Source of the DNA: Squalus acanthias
Taxonomy: Eukaryota
DNA length: 64,000 nucleotides
Direction: 5' to 3'
Assembly: GCA_030390025.1 (NCBI GenBank)
Contig: CM059449.1
Coordinates: 15,686,001 to 15,750,000 of the forward strand
A model generated the notes under the pieces. That model ran no database searches. It was not told where the DNA came from and was given only the letters and a program-made list of their open reading frames with translations. Every line of letters starts with the position of its first letter. The first letter of the stretch is position 1. Shown piece after piece: positions 11,916 to 23,300 of the stretch. A program made the translations under genes and the position numbers.

Positions 11916-13779
11916 GGATTCGCACTGGTTTTTCCCACGCTCTGTTACCTACAAAACACAATTATTACAGTCACAGTTCAATTCAGTCTTACAATTTCAA
12001 GCAACATTACAGTTTAACATGTAATCAACAAATCATGTACTTAAAAGATTCTCCAGATCTCTTTTTTACTCGTATCCATCTTGTGGATAATTCTTGTTAA
12101 ACATGATTTCTCCTTAGCCCTCAATTGTCCCAATCCAGATTCCATGTAACTCTCCACTTCAACTTCAATTTCAATCCTTCTAACAGGTACCAGTGTGTTT
12201 AACTCTATTCTGATTGTTTCATTAATTAGATAGTTTCTCGATGGAGTATGTGTCAATGCTTTAAAAGTTGTCTCGCTCTCCAGAGCCACATTAACCATTT
12301 CATGTCTTGCTGTTGTCAAGTAACTGAGCATGTCTGAGACCCGTTCTTCAGTGCAAATTCAACATACATTTCCAGATGGTAATCGCTTCATACGTAACAA
12401 ATCACATTTGCACACTCATACCGGTATCTCAATATCGTGCCACATGTGCCCCTCTCGCGCTCCCAGGCATCTTATCAAAACATTGTCTTTGTTCATCTTC
12501 CTCTGCATGGTCCCGATATCTTGGATAGTGGCCAGGCTATCAAATTCAGTTTTCTTAAAAGTTCATTATAGGCAGGGACACAAATGTCTCCAAGAGAAAG
12601 CTATCAATTTACTATTCTTAGCTACACTTTCCTGACTTTCACTAACAAGTTTTTTTTTAAATTCCCATTCAGCTGTGTAATTTCTCCTGTTTCTATCTTA
12701 CACATCCCATTAATTACCATTCATATCTCATTCATGAGCCCTGGAGTAACTTTACTGTCCAGTATAATATTTAAGATTGAAAACATAGATCAAACATTCT
12801 CACTAGGTCCAAGTTACTAACACTTTTTATTTATCATTATTTTAGAGGATCTTTTATTTTCCCAAAAGTAACCCAATAGATAGTGCCTGAGTCCATTTTG
12901 TTATTACAAAATTATCCCAAAATCCAAACAGCAGTACTGTTGAACTGATAGGTTTTGTCAATGTTCAATTTCATTTCTATCAATTTATCCTCCATTTCCA
13001 ATTTCAGAAACAAGTGATTCCCAGGCTAGGTGGCTTGCACAGTGTTTTAACATTAGAGACAGAAGTGCTGCAATTAGTTTACAAGGTAACTTCCATATAA
13101 CAAAAGAAAGAAGAGACTCCATTGTGACTCTACTTAGAGCCCAAGGGGTTAATTTATCAAATCATAATTTTCCTTCTGTCACTGTGGGGAAATATTAAGT
13201 TAAAATTAAGAAACTTATATTTAATAATGTCCAATATCTTTAAATTTCATACTAAAGTTGTTGCTCGATGAACTTAATCAGCTGTCAGTGGAAAGGGTTA
13301 ACTCCTTTGCAGGTTTTTTTAAGAAGGTGGAGCAAAACATTATCAGGCGCACGCAATTGCGTCACTTCACGTAAATTAAAAAAAACTTTCCCGATCCAAA
13401 AAAGCAGTTGTGTTTTCACACTTTAAATAAACACGAACAGAACAGATAAAACAAAACAAAATAGCACATGCTTGCAGAACTAGTAAATTACATCATATTT
13501 CTTATTGTCCTTTCTTCAGATGTCTTTCCAAAATACTATAACTATAAATTAGTTTTTCACATTTAAGCAAATCAAATCAAATTGCTTTGGAAGATTTCAC
13601 CATAGCAACCGCGACTCCAAGGTTAAATCTTAGACCGAAACTTGTTATTTTGTTAAACAAACTTTTTTTGTTGTTCTTCTCAGTTTTTACACACCAGCTT
13701 AACTTAAATTGTAATTCAAATTAGTTTTTTTTTCTAATTCTTGGGGCACTTTCCCTGCAAAGTCTGATATAAAATTCCT

Positions 13780-13900
13780 GTCTATCCCTGACAGTAAAGG
13801 CGAATTTCCTTGTGATTCATCTGCCAATGGGATGGACCAGAACCCGTTCTGTATCCAAGACTGTAAATATTTCAAAATCTGGTTTCAGACCATTAAATAT
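13780..13900 (-). pseudogene. Reverse transcriptase fragment with foamy/loki-like NGFW signature
   Basis: IFNGLKPDFEIFTVLD / NGFWSIPLADESQ / KFAFTVRDRQ, with two frameshifts. It corresponds to the RT motif A region. Confidence 0.7.
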
Positions 13901-14559
13901 CTTATTCAATGCGGTCTACACAAATTTACACCAACCAGAATTTCACCGTGCACAATGAATGTCTGGTTTTTAATAGGTTAATTAACCTCAATAATTCCAA
14001 TTAAATCCAGATCAATTTTTTTTTAAAACTAACCAGTATCAGTTGGAAAAGAAACCATAGTCACATTTAACAAATAAACAATTACCATGCCTTGTAAACA
14101 TTAAAATTAATTTTCTTTCCAGGCACATTGGCAACTGTGACTTCAAGGCTGAAACTTATACCTCTTTTGTAAAACAATTAACAAACTTAAAACAACAACG
14201 CTTGAGTATCATTCAAGACAAGTCTTCAAAGAGTTAAAAAACAGCTTTTAGCTCTCTGTACAAAAGAGTGGGTGGAGCTAAAACATAAACAAAATGATTA
14301 ACACCCTTTTTTTTAGGCAGAATTTTTTTTCTCAGGGACAAAATAACACTGCAACTTAACAAACTTAAACATTCACACAATCAGGAATCTTTTACACTTT
14401 TCACACACACTTTCACACAACTGAGATCCCAGTATTCCTTTTAAGATTCCTTTAACTCAACAAATCTTGTATATTAGCTTTTATCTCGGCACAGACACTA
14501 ATAACTTCCATGCCGGTAAAACTTTTCTCAGCAGCTTTTCCTGGCTTTCCAAATCCCTT

Positions 14560-14850
14560 TTTTTTTGCTTTGAGTTTCAGATTTCAATTCTGGTCCGTCG
14601 GTGTTGCGGAAGCTGCTTGCTCCATTAAGAGGGAAACTTTATTCTTTTGGTCCCTATTTGTCTAACTTCATTTTGTTTAGCCAATTTACTCACGGGGTCT
14701 TTTCTCTTATTTTTAATGTCAGATCTACTGGTTTGTATACTACGGTCCTTACGCCTTTCTGCTTCCTTTTTCCAGTCTGAAAAGGCTGACCAATTTACTG
14801 ACTTTTTTTTGTGGGTCTCTATTTGCGAGACAGTCCTCTAGACATGTAAT
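14560..14850 (-). pseudogene. Possible gag (matrix) remnants
   Basis: Fragments SVNWSAFSDWKKEAERRK and IKFPLNG lie at the expected position downstream of the leader. Frameshifted. Confidence 0.35.
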
Positions 14851-15596
14851 TCTTCTATTCTTAGTAAAGTTTTAATTATACTAGGCACTCTTCTTCTTCT
14901 AAATCGCAAGTTTTACCCTTTACCCCCTTACGATTATTTTTGACCATCCAATTCTATTACAAGACGATAACAAGAACTAACAACAATCAAGACAATTATA
15001 AGTAATGCAAAAAAAGCCCAAATAGGCAAACAAATCAAATAATTAAACATTTAACCTTATACTTTAAACTAAACAAATAGTCAATTCTCAGTTTTGCATT
15101 GTTCTTCATTACAAACTGAGTCCTTAACATTTAACTAATACTCTATACTCTGCCGTGAGATTCTCAATAGTCAATTCTCAGTTATCTTTTCATGGCTCAA
15201 GGGCCCCACCCTTGATACTGCAGTTTTATGTCCTGGTACCTTTTATACTGCAGCTTTCGCTGCTCAAGGGCAAGGGACCCACCCTTGAGACTGCAGTTTT
15301 AATCCGGGATACAACCCTGTCGACTTTTTCCCTTGCCTTCTTTGCCCGACAGTATTTTTTTAAATTTCCTTCCCTTTTTTTTTCCAATTTGTCTAAATCA
15401 AAAGCTACAAGATTCAACTCAAATCTAAACAAAAGTCTTAACAATCGCAGTGTACCTGTTGGAAGAAACAGACATACACCATTCAGGATCTAATGAGAAA
15501 TCCCTTTTTTTAGTGATAAAAAATCACTGTGGCCATAGGATTTGTCACTAGAAATTCATGATGCCTTGTCCGTGACTTACCGAAAGATAGCAAGTG

Positions 15597-15614
15597 ATCT
15601 CGGTGGGACCTCCA
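15597..15614 (-). promoter_or_regulatory. Primer binding site, tRNA-Gln
   Basis: The - strand TGGAGGTCCCACCGAGAT is the 18-nt complement of the vertebrate tRNA-Gln(UUG) 3' end ATCTCGGTGGGACCTCCA. It lies 6 nt from the LTR, and a splice donor cgGTAAGT follows at ~15575-15582. Confidence 0.9.
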
Positions 15615-15620
15615 AGAAAC

Positions 15621-16141
15621 TGTCGAAGTTTCGACTTCCGATTCAAGACTCTTGTAAACAATATCGTCAAAGAAGGCTTTTTATTATATTTTACTTGCAA
15701 GGAGACTGCAACCATAGCCTAATTAGCTATGATGACAGACTGCCGAATCACAGAAAATGGAGTATTCTTATACAGTATAATATCACATGACATGTTGTTT
15801 AAGGTAAGCTAAGTTAACAATTAGAAAAAACACATTAGAAATGCCTTACAATGAGACTAGCTAATCTCTATAAAATGGAGTCTATCTATTTTACTTCTCT
15901 CACCAAGGCCAAGGCGCCTGGTTTGTTTACTTTACTAGCCCTTGGTTATCTCAATATTAAGCCTGTTTTCTTTTGTGCAGGCAGACTTTTGCTGACAGCA
16001 TAGTCTAAGACTTTAAAGTTATTTTCAGAAAAGAACATAACAATGGATTTTTTCCCTTTTCCACACAAGTCAGAGTCGGCCATTTTATTAGTTTAAATTC
16101 AAGGAAACCATTTTGTCCGAGACAAAAACTGCTCTTCCACA
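15621..16141 (-). repeat. 5' LTR
   Basis: 521-bp direct repeat of 7828-8348, adjacent to the PBS. Confidence 0.95.
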
Positions 16142-16260
16142 GGTCCCCCTTACGGACTGAGCGGAGGTGTCCCGCAAAGCGGTCACCCAATTTGCGTTTG
16201 GTCTCCCCAATGCAGAGGAGATCGCATCATGAGCAGCAAATACAGTATACATCAAACCAG
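16142..16260 (-). mobile_element. Penelope-like GIY-YIG fragment, 5' part, split off by the ERV insertion
   Basis: VYCICCS*CDLLCIGETKRKLGDRFAGHLRSVRKGD joins in frame to PKLPVACHFN at the 7824-7827 TSD once the provirus and one GGTC copy are removed. Confidence 0.85.
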
Positions 16261-17359
16261 TGAACATTCTCCATCGTGCGGGGAGTAAAGTGATGGCTTC
16301 AAACTCAAAATGCCTCCATGGTGACTCACGGGAGTAAAGGTTCAGAACCAAAGTAACTATGTTACAGCCTAAGTAATGGGATAGCTGAGCCAGAATTAAC
16401 CACCGGGCCCAACCTGTCATCTGCTGACATTGACAGATGTACAATATTCGGCAGGGGAAGCCCTCCTTAGTTGAATAGCTTCCGTCGATCATTGTCCGGG
16501 CTCACAGATGAAGATGGCCACTAAGGGTTACCACCTGTGGAACAATAGGCAACCCGTGACTCAGCTCCTTCAGCGGGATGGCAGGGGGTCAATTATGTAA
16601 ATAGCTTCATGAGATGTTTCTTGCCCCCTAAATTTCCTGTATCAATCTAATCGAAATCACCAAAAGCAAGCTCTTTTTTTCTGTTGGCCGCGTTTGCTTT
16701 TCCAGACGTTTAATATTTACAGAGAGAATTGTTGTTCTTTTTTCACTGACTTGTTTTCTGTGCAGAATGTGGCTCATCTGCAGGTTACTAAAGTTCATGC
16801 CGAGTGTGCTATTCTGCACGTAGCTTCATGTGTTCAGCCGGATTCACACTAACAACGAAACTCTGCAACAAAGCACTTGTGTCAAAGGCCGAATCTATAA
16901 AAGACACTGAGCCTCGTTCAAAACCTATAGCTGGAATCCAATGTGTTAGAAAAGTGTTAGGTTGCAAAAATGGGTGTTGCTGTTTCTTAATTGCAGTCAC
17001 TTAATTTAAGCAACGAGAACCATTCGTCAACTTGACTCGACACTGCACGATGCTAAGGAAAGCCAGAGTGAACTCCATCCCAGTCTGTGGTCAGCTCCAT
17101 CCTCATTTTAGATAGCATCATAAAGTGGAAGAAAGATACCAACAGACCAAAATCCATCGCAACTGCCTAAAATTCAGACATTACGCCTGGGCCTTAAATT
17201 TACAAATAAAATATAAGGAAACTTACCATCTTCACGTGCAACCATTGTATATGTCTTTTCAGGAAGATGTTAACTTTTTTACTTTAAAAAAACTTCAAGG
17301 ATTCCAATAAAATGACAAGCAAGAGAAATTGATAATATAGAGCGAGGATTTCAGTCTTT

Positions 17360-20300
17360 TAGAATCAGAAACATTTACGGCACAGAAGGGGGCCATACGC
17401 CCCATCATGTCTGTGCTGGTTTAAATAGAGCTCACCAGCCTAATCCCACTTTCCTGCTCTTGGTCGGTAGCCTTGTAGATTACAGCACTTCAAGTACATA
17501 TTCAACTATTATTTAAATGTGACGAGGGTTTCTGCCTCTACCATCCTGTCATACATTGTGCTCCAGACCTCCACCACCCTCTGGGTGAAAAAAGTTCGCC
17601 TCAACTCCCATCTAAACATCCCATCAATTACTTTAAATCTATGCCCCCTGGTTATTGACCTCTCTGCTAGGGGAAATAGGTCCTCCATATCCACTCTATC
17701 TAGGCCCCTCATAATTTTATACATCTCAATCAAGTCTCCAGTCAGCCTCCTCTGTTCCAAAGAAAACAGTCCCAGCCTATCCAAACTTTCCTCATAGCTA
17801 AAACTCTCCAGCCCTGGCAGCATCCTCGTAAATCTCTTCTGTACCCACTCTAATGCAATGACATCTTTCCTGTAATATGGTGAACATAACTGTACACAGT
17901 ACTCTAGCTGTGACCTAGCGAGAGTTTTATATAGTTCAAGCCTAACCTCCCTGCTCTGATATTCTATGCCTCAGCTAATAAAGGAAAGTATCCTGTATGC
18001 CTGTCCTGCTATTTTCAGGGACCTTTGGGCATGCATTCCAAGGTCCCTCGGTTCCTCTATGCATCTCAGTATTCTACAAATTAATGTGTATTCCTTTGCC
18101 TTATTAGCACTCCCCAAGTGCATCATACTTCTCCAGATTTTACTTATTCCTTCACAGGATGTGGGCATTGCTGGGAAGGCCAGTATTTATTGCACATCCC
18201 CCAATAGCCCTCGCGAAGGTGGCGTTGAGTTGCCTTTTTGAATAAGTGGCTTGCTAGGCCATTTCAGAGTACAGTTAAGAGCCTACCACATTTCTGTGGA
18301 TCTGGAGTCACATTTGGCCAGACTAGATAAGGACGGCAGATTTCCTTCCCTAAAGGGCATTAATGAACCAGATGGGTTTTTACGACAATCTGGTAGTTTC
18401 ATGTAATTTTTGTAATTCATTGAAGCTGCAGTGGTGGTGATATGAACTCATATCTCCGGATCATTAGTCCAGGCGCCTGAATTACTAGATCAGTAACATA
18501 ACCATTATGGTACCAAACACCCAATTCCATTTGCCACTTTTCTGCCCAGCTGAACAGTCAATTGATATATTGCTGCATTCTACAGCTTTCATCCTCATTA
18601 TGAACCAAACGGCCAATTTTTATATCATCTGCAAATTTCTTCATCATGCCACTTACATTGAAGTATATATCGATTATATTTTTAATGTAGTATCGCTGCA
18701 AGATAGTAATTCTTTCCAAGTAATTGATTAACATTCTCTTAATCAAGGTGTATAAAATTATGAGGGGACTAGAATGAGTGGATAGGAAGGACCTATTTCC
18801 CTTAGCAGAAGGGACAATAACTAGGGGACACAGATTTAAAGTAATTGGCAGAAGGATTAGGGAGGAATCGAGGAGAATGCTTTCACCCAGAGGGTGGTGG
18901 GGATCTGGAACCCACTGCCTGAAACGTTGTTAGAGGCAGAAACCCTCATCACATTTAAACTGTACTTGGATATACCTGAGAAGAGCTGTAACCAACAGGG
19001 CTACGGACCAAGAGCTGGAAAGTGCGATTATGCTGCAGAGCTGGTTTCGGCCGGGCAGTCAGGATGGGCCGAATGGCCTCCTTCTGTGCCATAAACCTCT
19101 ATGATTATAAGAAGCCTACATTTGTGAAGGAGGAGGGATGGTCCTGTTTATGTCAAGCTTATGGATTTTTAACAAGCTGCAAGACGACCATTCTTGACTT
19201 GATTCTAAGTTCAGCACCTCCTTACAGAGCCGTGTTGCTATTGCGAAACATAAACAGGAAACGCTGAAAGTGCTCAGCATGTCAGTCGACATAGAATCAT
19301 AGAATCATAGAAAGTAACAGCACGGAAGGAGGCCATTTCGGCCCATCGTGTCCGCACCGGCCAACAAAGAGCTATCCAGCCTAATCCCACTTCCCAGCTC
19401 TTGGTCCGTAGCCCTGCAGATTACAGCACCCCACGTGCACATCCAAGTACTTTTTAAATGTGGTTAGGGTTCCTGCCTCGACCACCCTTTCAGGCAGTCA
19501 GTTCCAGACCCACACAACCCACTGGGTGAAGACATTTCCCCTCAAATCCCCTCTAAAATTTCCACTAATTACTGTAATTCAGTGCCCCTTGGTTTTTGAC
19601 CCCTCTGCTGAGGGAAATAGGTCCTTTCTATCCACTTTATCTGTGCCCCTCAAAATTTTATCCATCTCAATAAGGTCTGCCCTCAGCCTCCTCTGTTCCA
19701 AGGAAAACAGACCCAGCCTATCCAGTCTTTCCTCATAGCTAAGATTCTCTACTCCTGGCAACATCCTTGTAAATCTCCTCTGAAAACTCTCTAGTGCAAT
19801 CACATCTTTCCTGTAATGTGGTGACCAGAACTGCACGCAGTAATCTAGCTGAGGCCTAACTGTGTTTCATACAGTTGAAGTATAAACCCCCTGCTCTTGT
19901 TTTCTATGCCACGGCTAATAAAGGCAAGCATTCCGCATGCCTTCTTAACTAACTTATCAACCTTGCCTGCTACCTTCAGGGATGTGTGGGCATGCATTCC
20001 AAGGTCCCTCTGTTCCTCTATGCTTCTCAGTATCCTACTATTTAATGTGTATTCCTTTGCCTTATTAGCACGCCCCAAGTGCATCATAATTCTCCAGATT
20101 TTTTCTTATTCCTTCACAGGATGTGCGCATTGCTGGGAAGGCCAGCAATTATTGCCCATCACCCAATTGCCTTGCGACGGTGGCGGTGAGTTGCCTTCTT
20201 GATTAACTGGCTTGCTAGGACATTTCAGAGGTCAGTTAAGAGCTTACCACATTTATGTGGGTCTGGAGTCACATATAGGCCAGATTAGTTCAGGACGGCA

Positions 20301-23300
20301 GATATCATTCACTAAAGGACATTAGTGAATCAGATGGGTTTTTACGACAATCTGGTAGATTCATGTAATTAGTGTGATTCATTTAATTTAAATTTTTCCG
20401 CTGCAGTGGTGGAGATATGAACTCATATCTTCGGATCATCTGTCCAGGCCTCTGAATTACTAGACCAGTAACATAACCATTATGGTACCGTACCCCCAAT
20501 TCCATTTGCCACTTTTCTGCCCAGCTGAACAGCCATTGATATATTCCTGCATTCTACAGCTTTCATCCTCATTATCATCAAACGGCCAATTTTTGTATCA
20601 TCTGCATACTTCTTCATCATGCCCCTTACTTGAAGTCTATATCGATTCTATCTTTTAATGTAGTATCGCTGCAAGATAGTAATTGTTTCCAAGTAATTGA
20701 TTAACATTCTCTGAATCAAGGTGTATAAAATTATGAGAGGCCTCGATAGAGTGGATAGGAAGGACCTATTTCCCTTAGCAGAAGGGTCAATAACCAGGGG
20801 CCATAGATTTAAATTAATTGGTAGAAGGATTAGGGAAGATTTGAGGAGAATGCTTTCACCCAGAGGGTGGTGGGGATCTGGAACTCACTGCCTGAAAGGG
20901 TGGTAGAGGCAGAAACCCTCATGGCATTTAAACTGTACTTGGATATACACACGAAGTGCTGTAACCTACAGGGCTACGGACCAAGAGCTGGAAAGTGGGA
21001 TTAGTCTGGAAAGCTGTTTTTCGGCCGGCACAGTCAGTTTGGGACGAAAGGCCTCCTTCTGTACCATAAACTTGTATAATTATAAGAAGACTATATTTGT
21101 GAAGGAAGTGGGATGGTCCTGGTTATGTCAAGTTTATGGATTTTTAACGAGCTGCAAGACGATCATTCTTGACTTGATTCTAAGTTCAGCACCTCCTTAC
21201 AGAGCAGTGTTGCTATTGCGAAACATAAACAGGAAACGCTGAAAGTGCTCAGCATGTCAGTCGACATAGAATCATAGAACCATAGAAAGTAACAGCATGG
21301 AAGGAGGCCATTTCGGCCCATCGTGTCCGCACCGGCCAACGAAGAGCTATCCAGCCTAATACCAATTCCCAACTCTGGGGCCGTAGCCCTGCAGATTACA
21401 GCACCCCACGTGCACATCCAAGTACTTTTTAAATGTGGTTAGAGTTCCTGCCTCTACCACCCTTTCAGGCAGTCAGTTTCAGACCAACACAACCCACTGG
21501 GTGAAGAAATTTCCCCTCAAATCCCCTCTAAAATTTCCACTAATTACTGTAAATCAGTGCCCCTTGGTTTTAGACCCCTCTGCTGAGTGAAATAGATCCT
21601 TTCTATCCACTTTATCTGTGCCCCTCAAAATTTTATCCATCGCAATAAGGTCTGCCCTCAGCCTCCTCTGTTCCAAGGAAAACAGACCCAGCCTATCCAG
21701 TCTTTCCTCATAGTTAAGATTCTCTACTCCCGGCAACATCCTTGTAAATCTCCTCTGAAAACTCTCTAGTGCAATGACATCTTTCCTGTAATGTGGTGAC
21801 CAGAACTGCACGCAGTAATCTAGCTGAGGCCTAACTGTGTTTCATACAGTTGAAGTATAACCCCCCTGCTCTTGTTTTCTATGCCACGGCTAATAAAGGC
21901 AAGCATTCCGTATGCCTTCTTAACCACCTTATCAACCTCGCCTGCTACCTTCAGGGATGTGTGGGCATGCATTCCAAGGTCCCTCTGTTCCTCTATGCTT
22001 CTCAGTATCCTACTATTTAATGTGTATTCCTTTGCCTTATTAGCAAATCCCAAGTGCATCATACTTCTCCAGATTTTTTTTTATTCCTTCACAGGATGTG
22101 CGCATTGCTGGGAAGGCCAGCAATTATTGCCCATCACCCAATTGCCTTGCGACGGTGGTGGTGAGTTGCCTTCTTGATTAAGTGGCTGGCTAGGCTATTT
22201 CAGAGCGAACTTAAGAGTTTACCACATTTCTGTGGGTCTGGAGTCACATATAGGCCAGATTAGGTCAGGACGGCAGATTTCCTTCCCTAAAGGACATTAG
22301 TGAACCAGATGGGTTTTTACGACAATCTGGTAGTTTCATGTAATTAGTGTAATTCATTTAATTTAAATTCTTCAGCTGCAGTGGTGGAGATATGAACTCA
22401 TATCTTCGGATCATTTGTCCAGGCCTCTGAATTACTAGACCAGTAACATAACCATTATGGTACCGTACCCCCAATTCCATTTGCCAATTTTCTGCCCAGC
22501 TGAACAGCCATTGATATATTCCTGCATTCTACAGCTTTCATCCTCATTATCAAACAAACGGCCAATTTTTGTATCATCTGCAAACTTCTTCATCATGCCC
22601 CTTACTTGAAGTCTATATCGATTCTATCTTTTAATGTAGTATCGCTGCAAGATAGTAATTGTTTCCAAGTAATTGATTAACATTCTCTGAATCAAGGTGT
22701 ATAAAATTATGAGAGGCCTCGATAGAGTGGATAGGAAGGACATATTTCCCTTAGCAGGAGGGTCAATAACCAGGGGCCATAGATTTAAATTAATTGGTAG
22801 AAGGATTAGGGAAGATTTGAGGAGAATGCTTTCACCCAGAGGGTGGTGGGTATCTGGAACTCACTGCCTGAAAGGGTGGTAGAGGCAGAAACCCTCATGG
22901 GATTTAAACTGTACTTGGATATACACTAGAAGTGCTGTAACCAACAGGGCTACGGAGCAAGAGCTGGAAAGTGGGATTAGGCTGGAGAGCTGTTTTTCGG
23001 CCGGCACAGTCAGTTTGGGACGAATGGCCTCCTTCTGTACCATAAACTTCTATGATTATAAGAAGCCTATATTTGTGAAGGAGGAGGGATGGTCCTGGTT
23101 ATGTCAAGCTTATGGATTTTTAACGAGCTGCAAGTCGACCATTCTTGACTTGATTCTAAGATCAGCACCTCCTTACAGAGCCGTGTTGCTATTGCGAAAC
23201 ATAAACAGGAAACGCTGAAAGTGCTCAGCATGTCAGTCGACATAGAATCATAGAAAGTAACAGCACGGAAGGAGGCCATTTCGGCCCATCGTGTCCGCAC

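Larger units (their letters stand above)
7828..16141 (-). mobile_element. Endogenous retrovirus provirus (class I / epsilon-gamma-like backbone), internally deleted and mosaic
   Basis: Two 521-bp TG...CA direct repeats, 4-bp TSD GGTC (7824-7827 and 16142-16145), PBS, PPT, and integrase and env remnants. Confidence 0.95.

Noticed and set aside
15597-15614. tRNA-Gln gene
   Set aside because: Only the 3' 18 nt including CCA are present, next to an LTR. This is a PBS.
16628-17004. Short overlapping ORFs in unique sequence, superficially cytokine-like
   Set aside because: No ATG or signal peptide, no coherent splice structure and no motif support.
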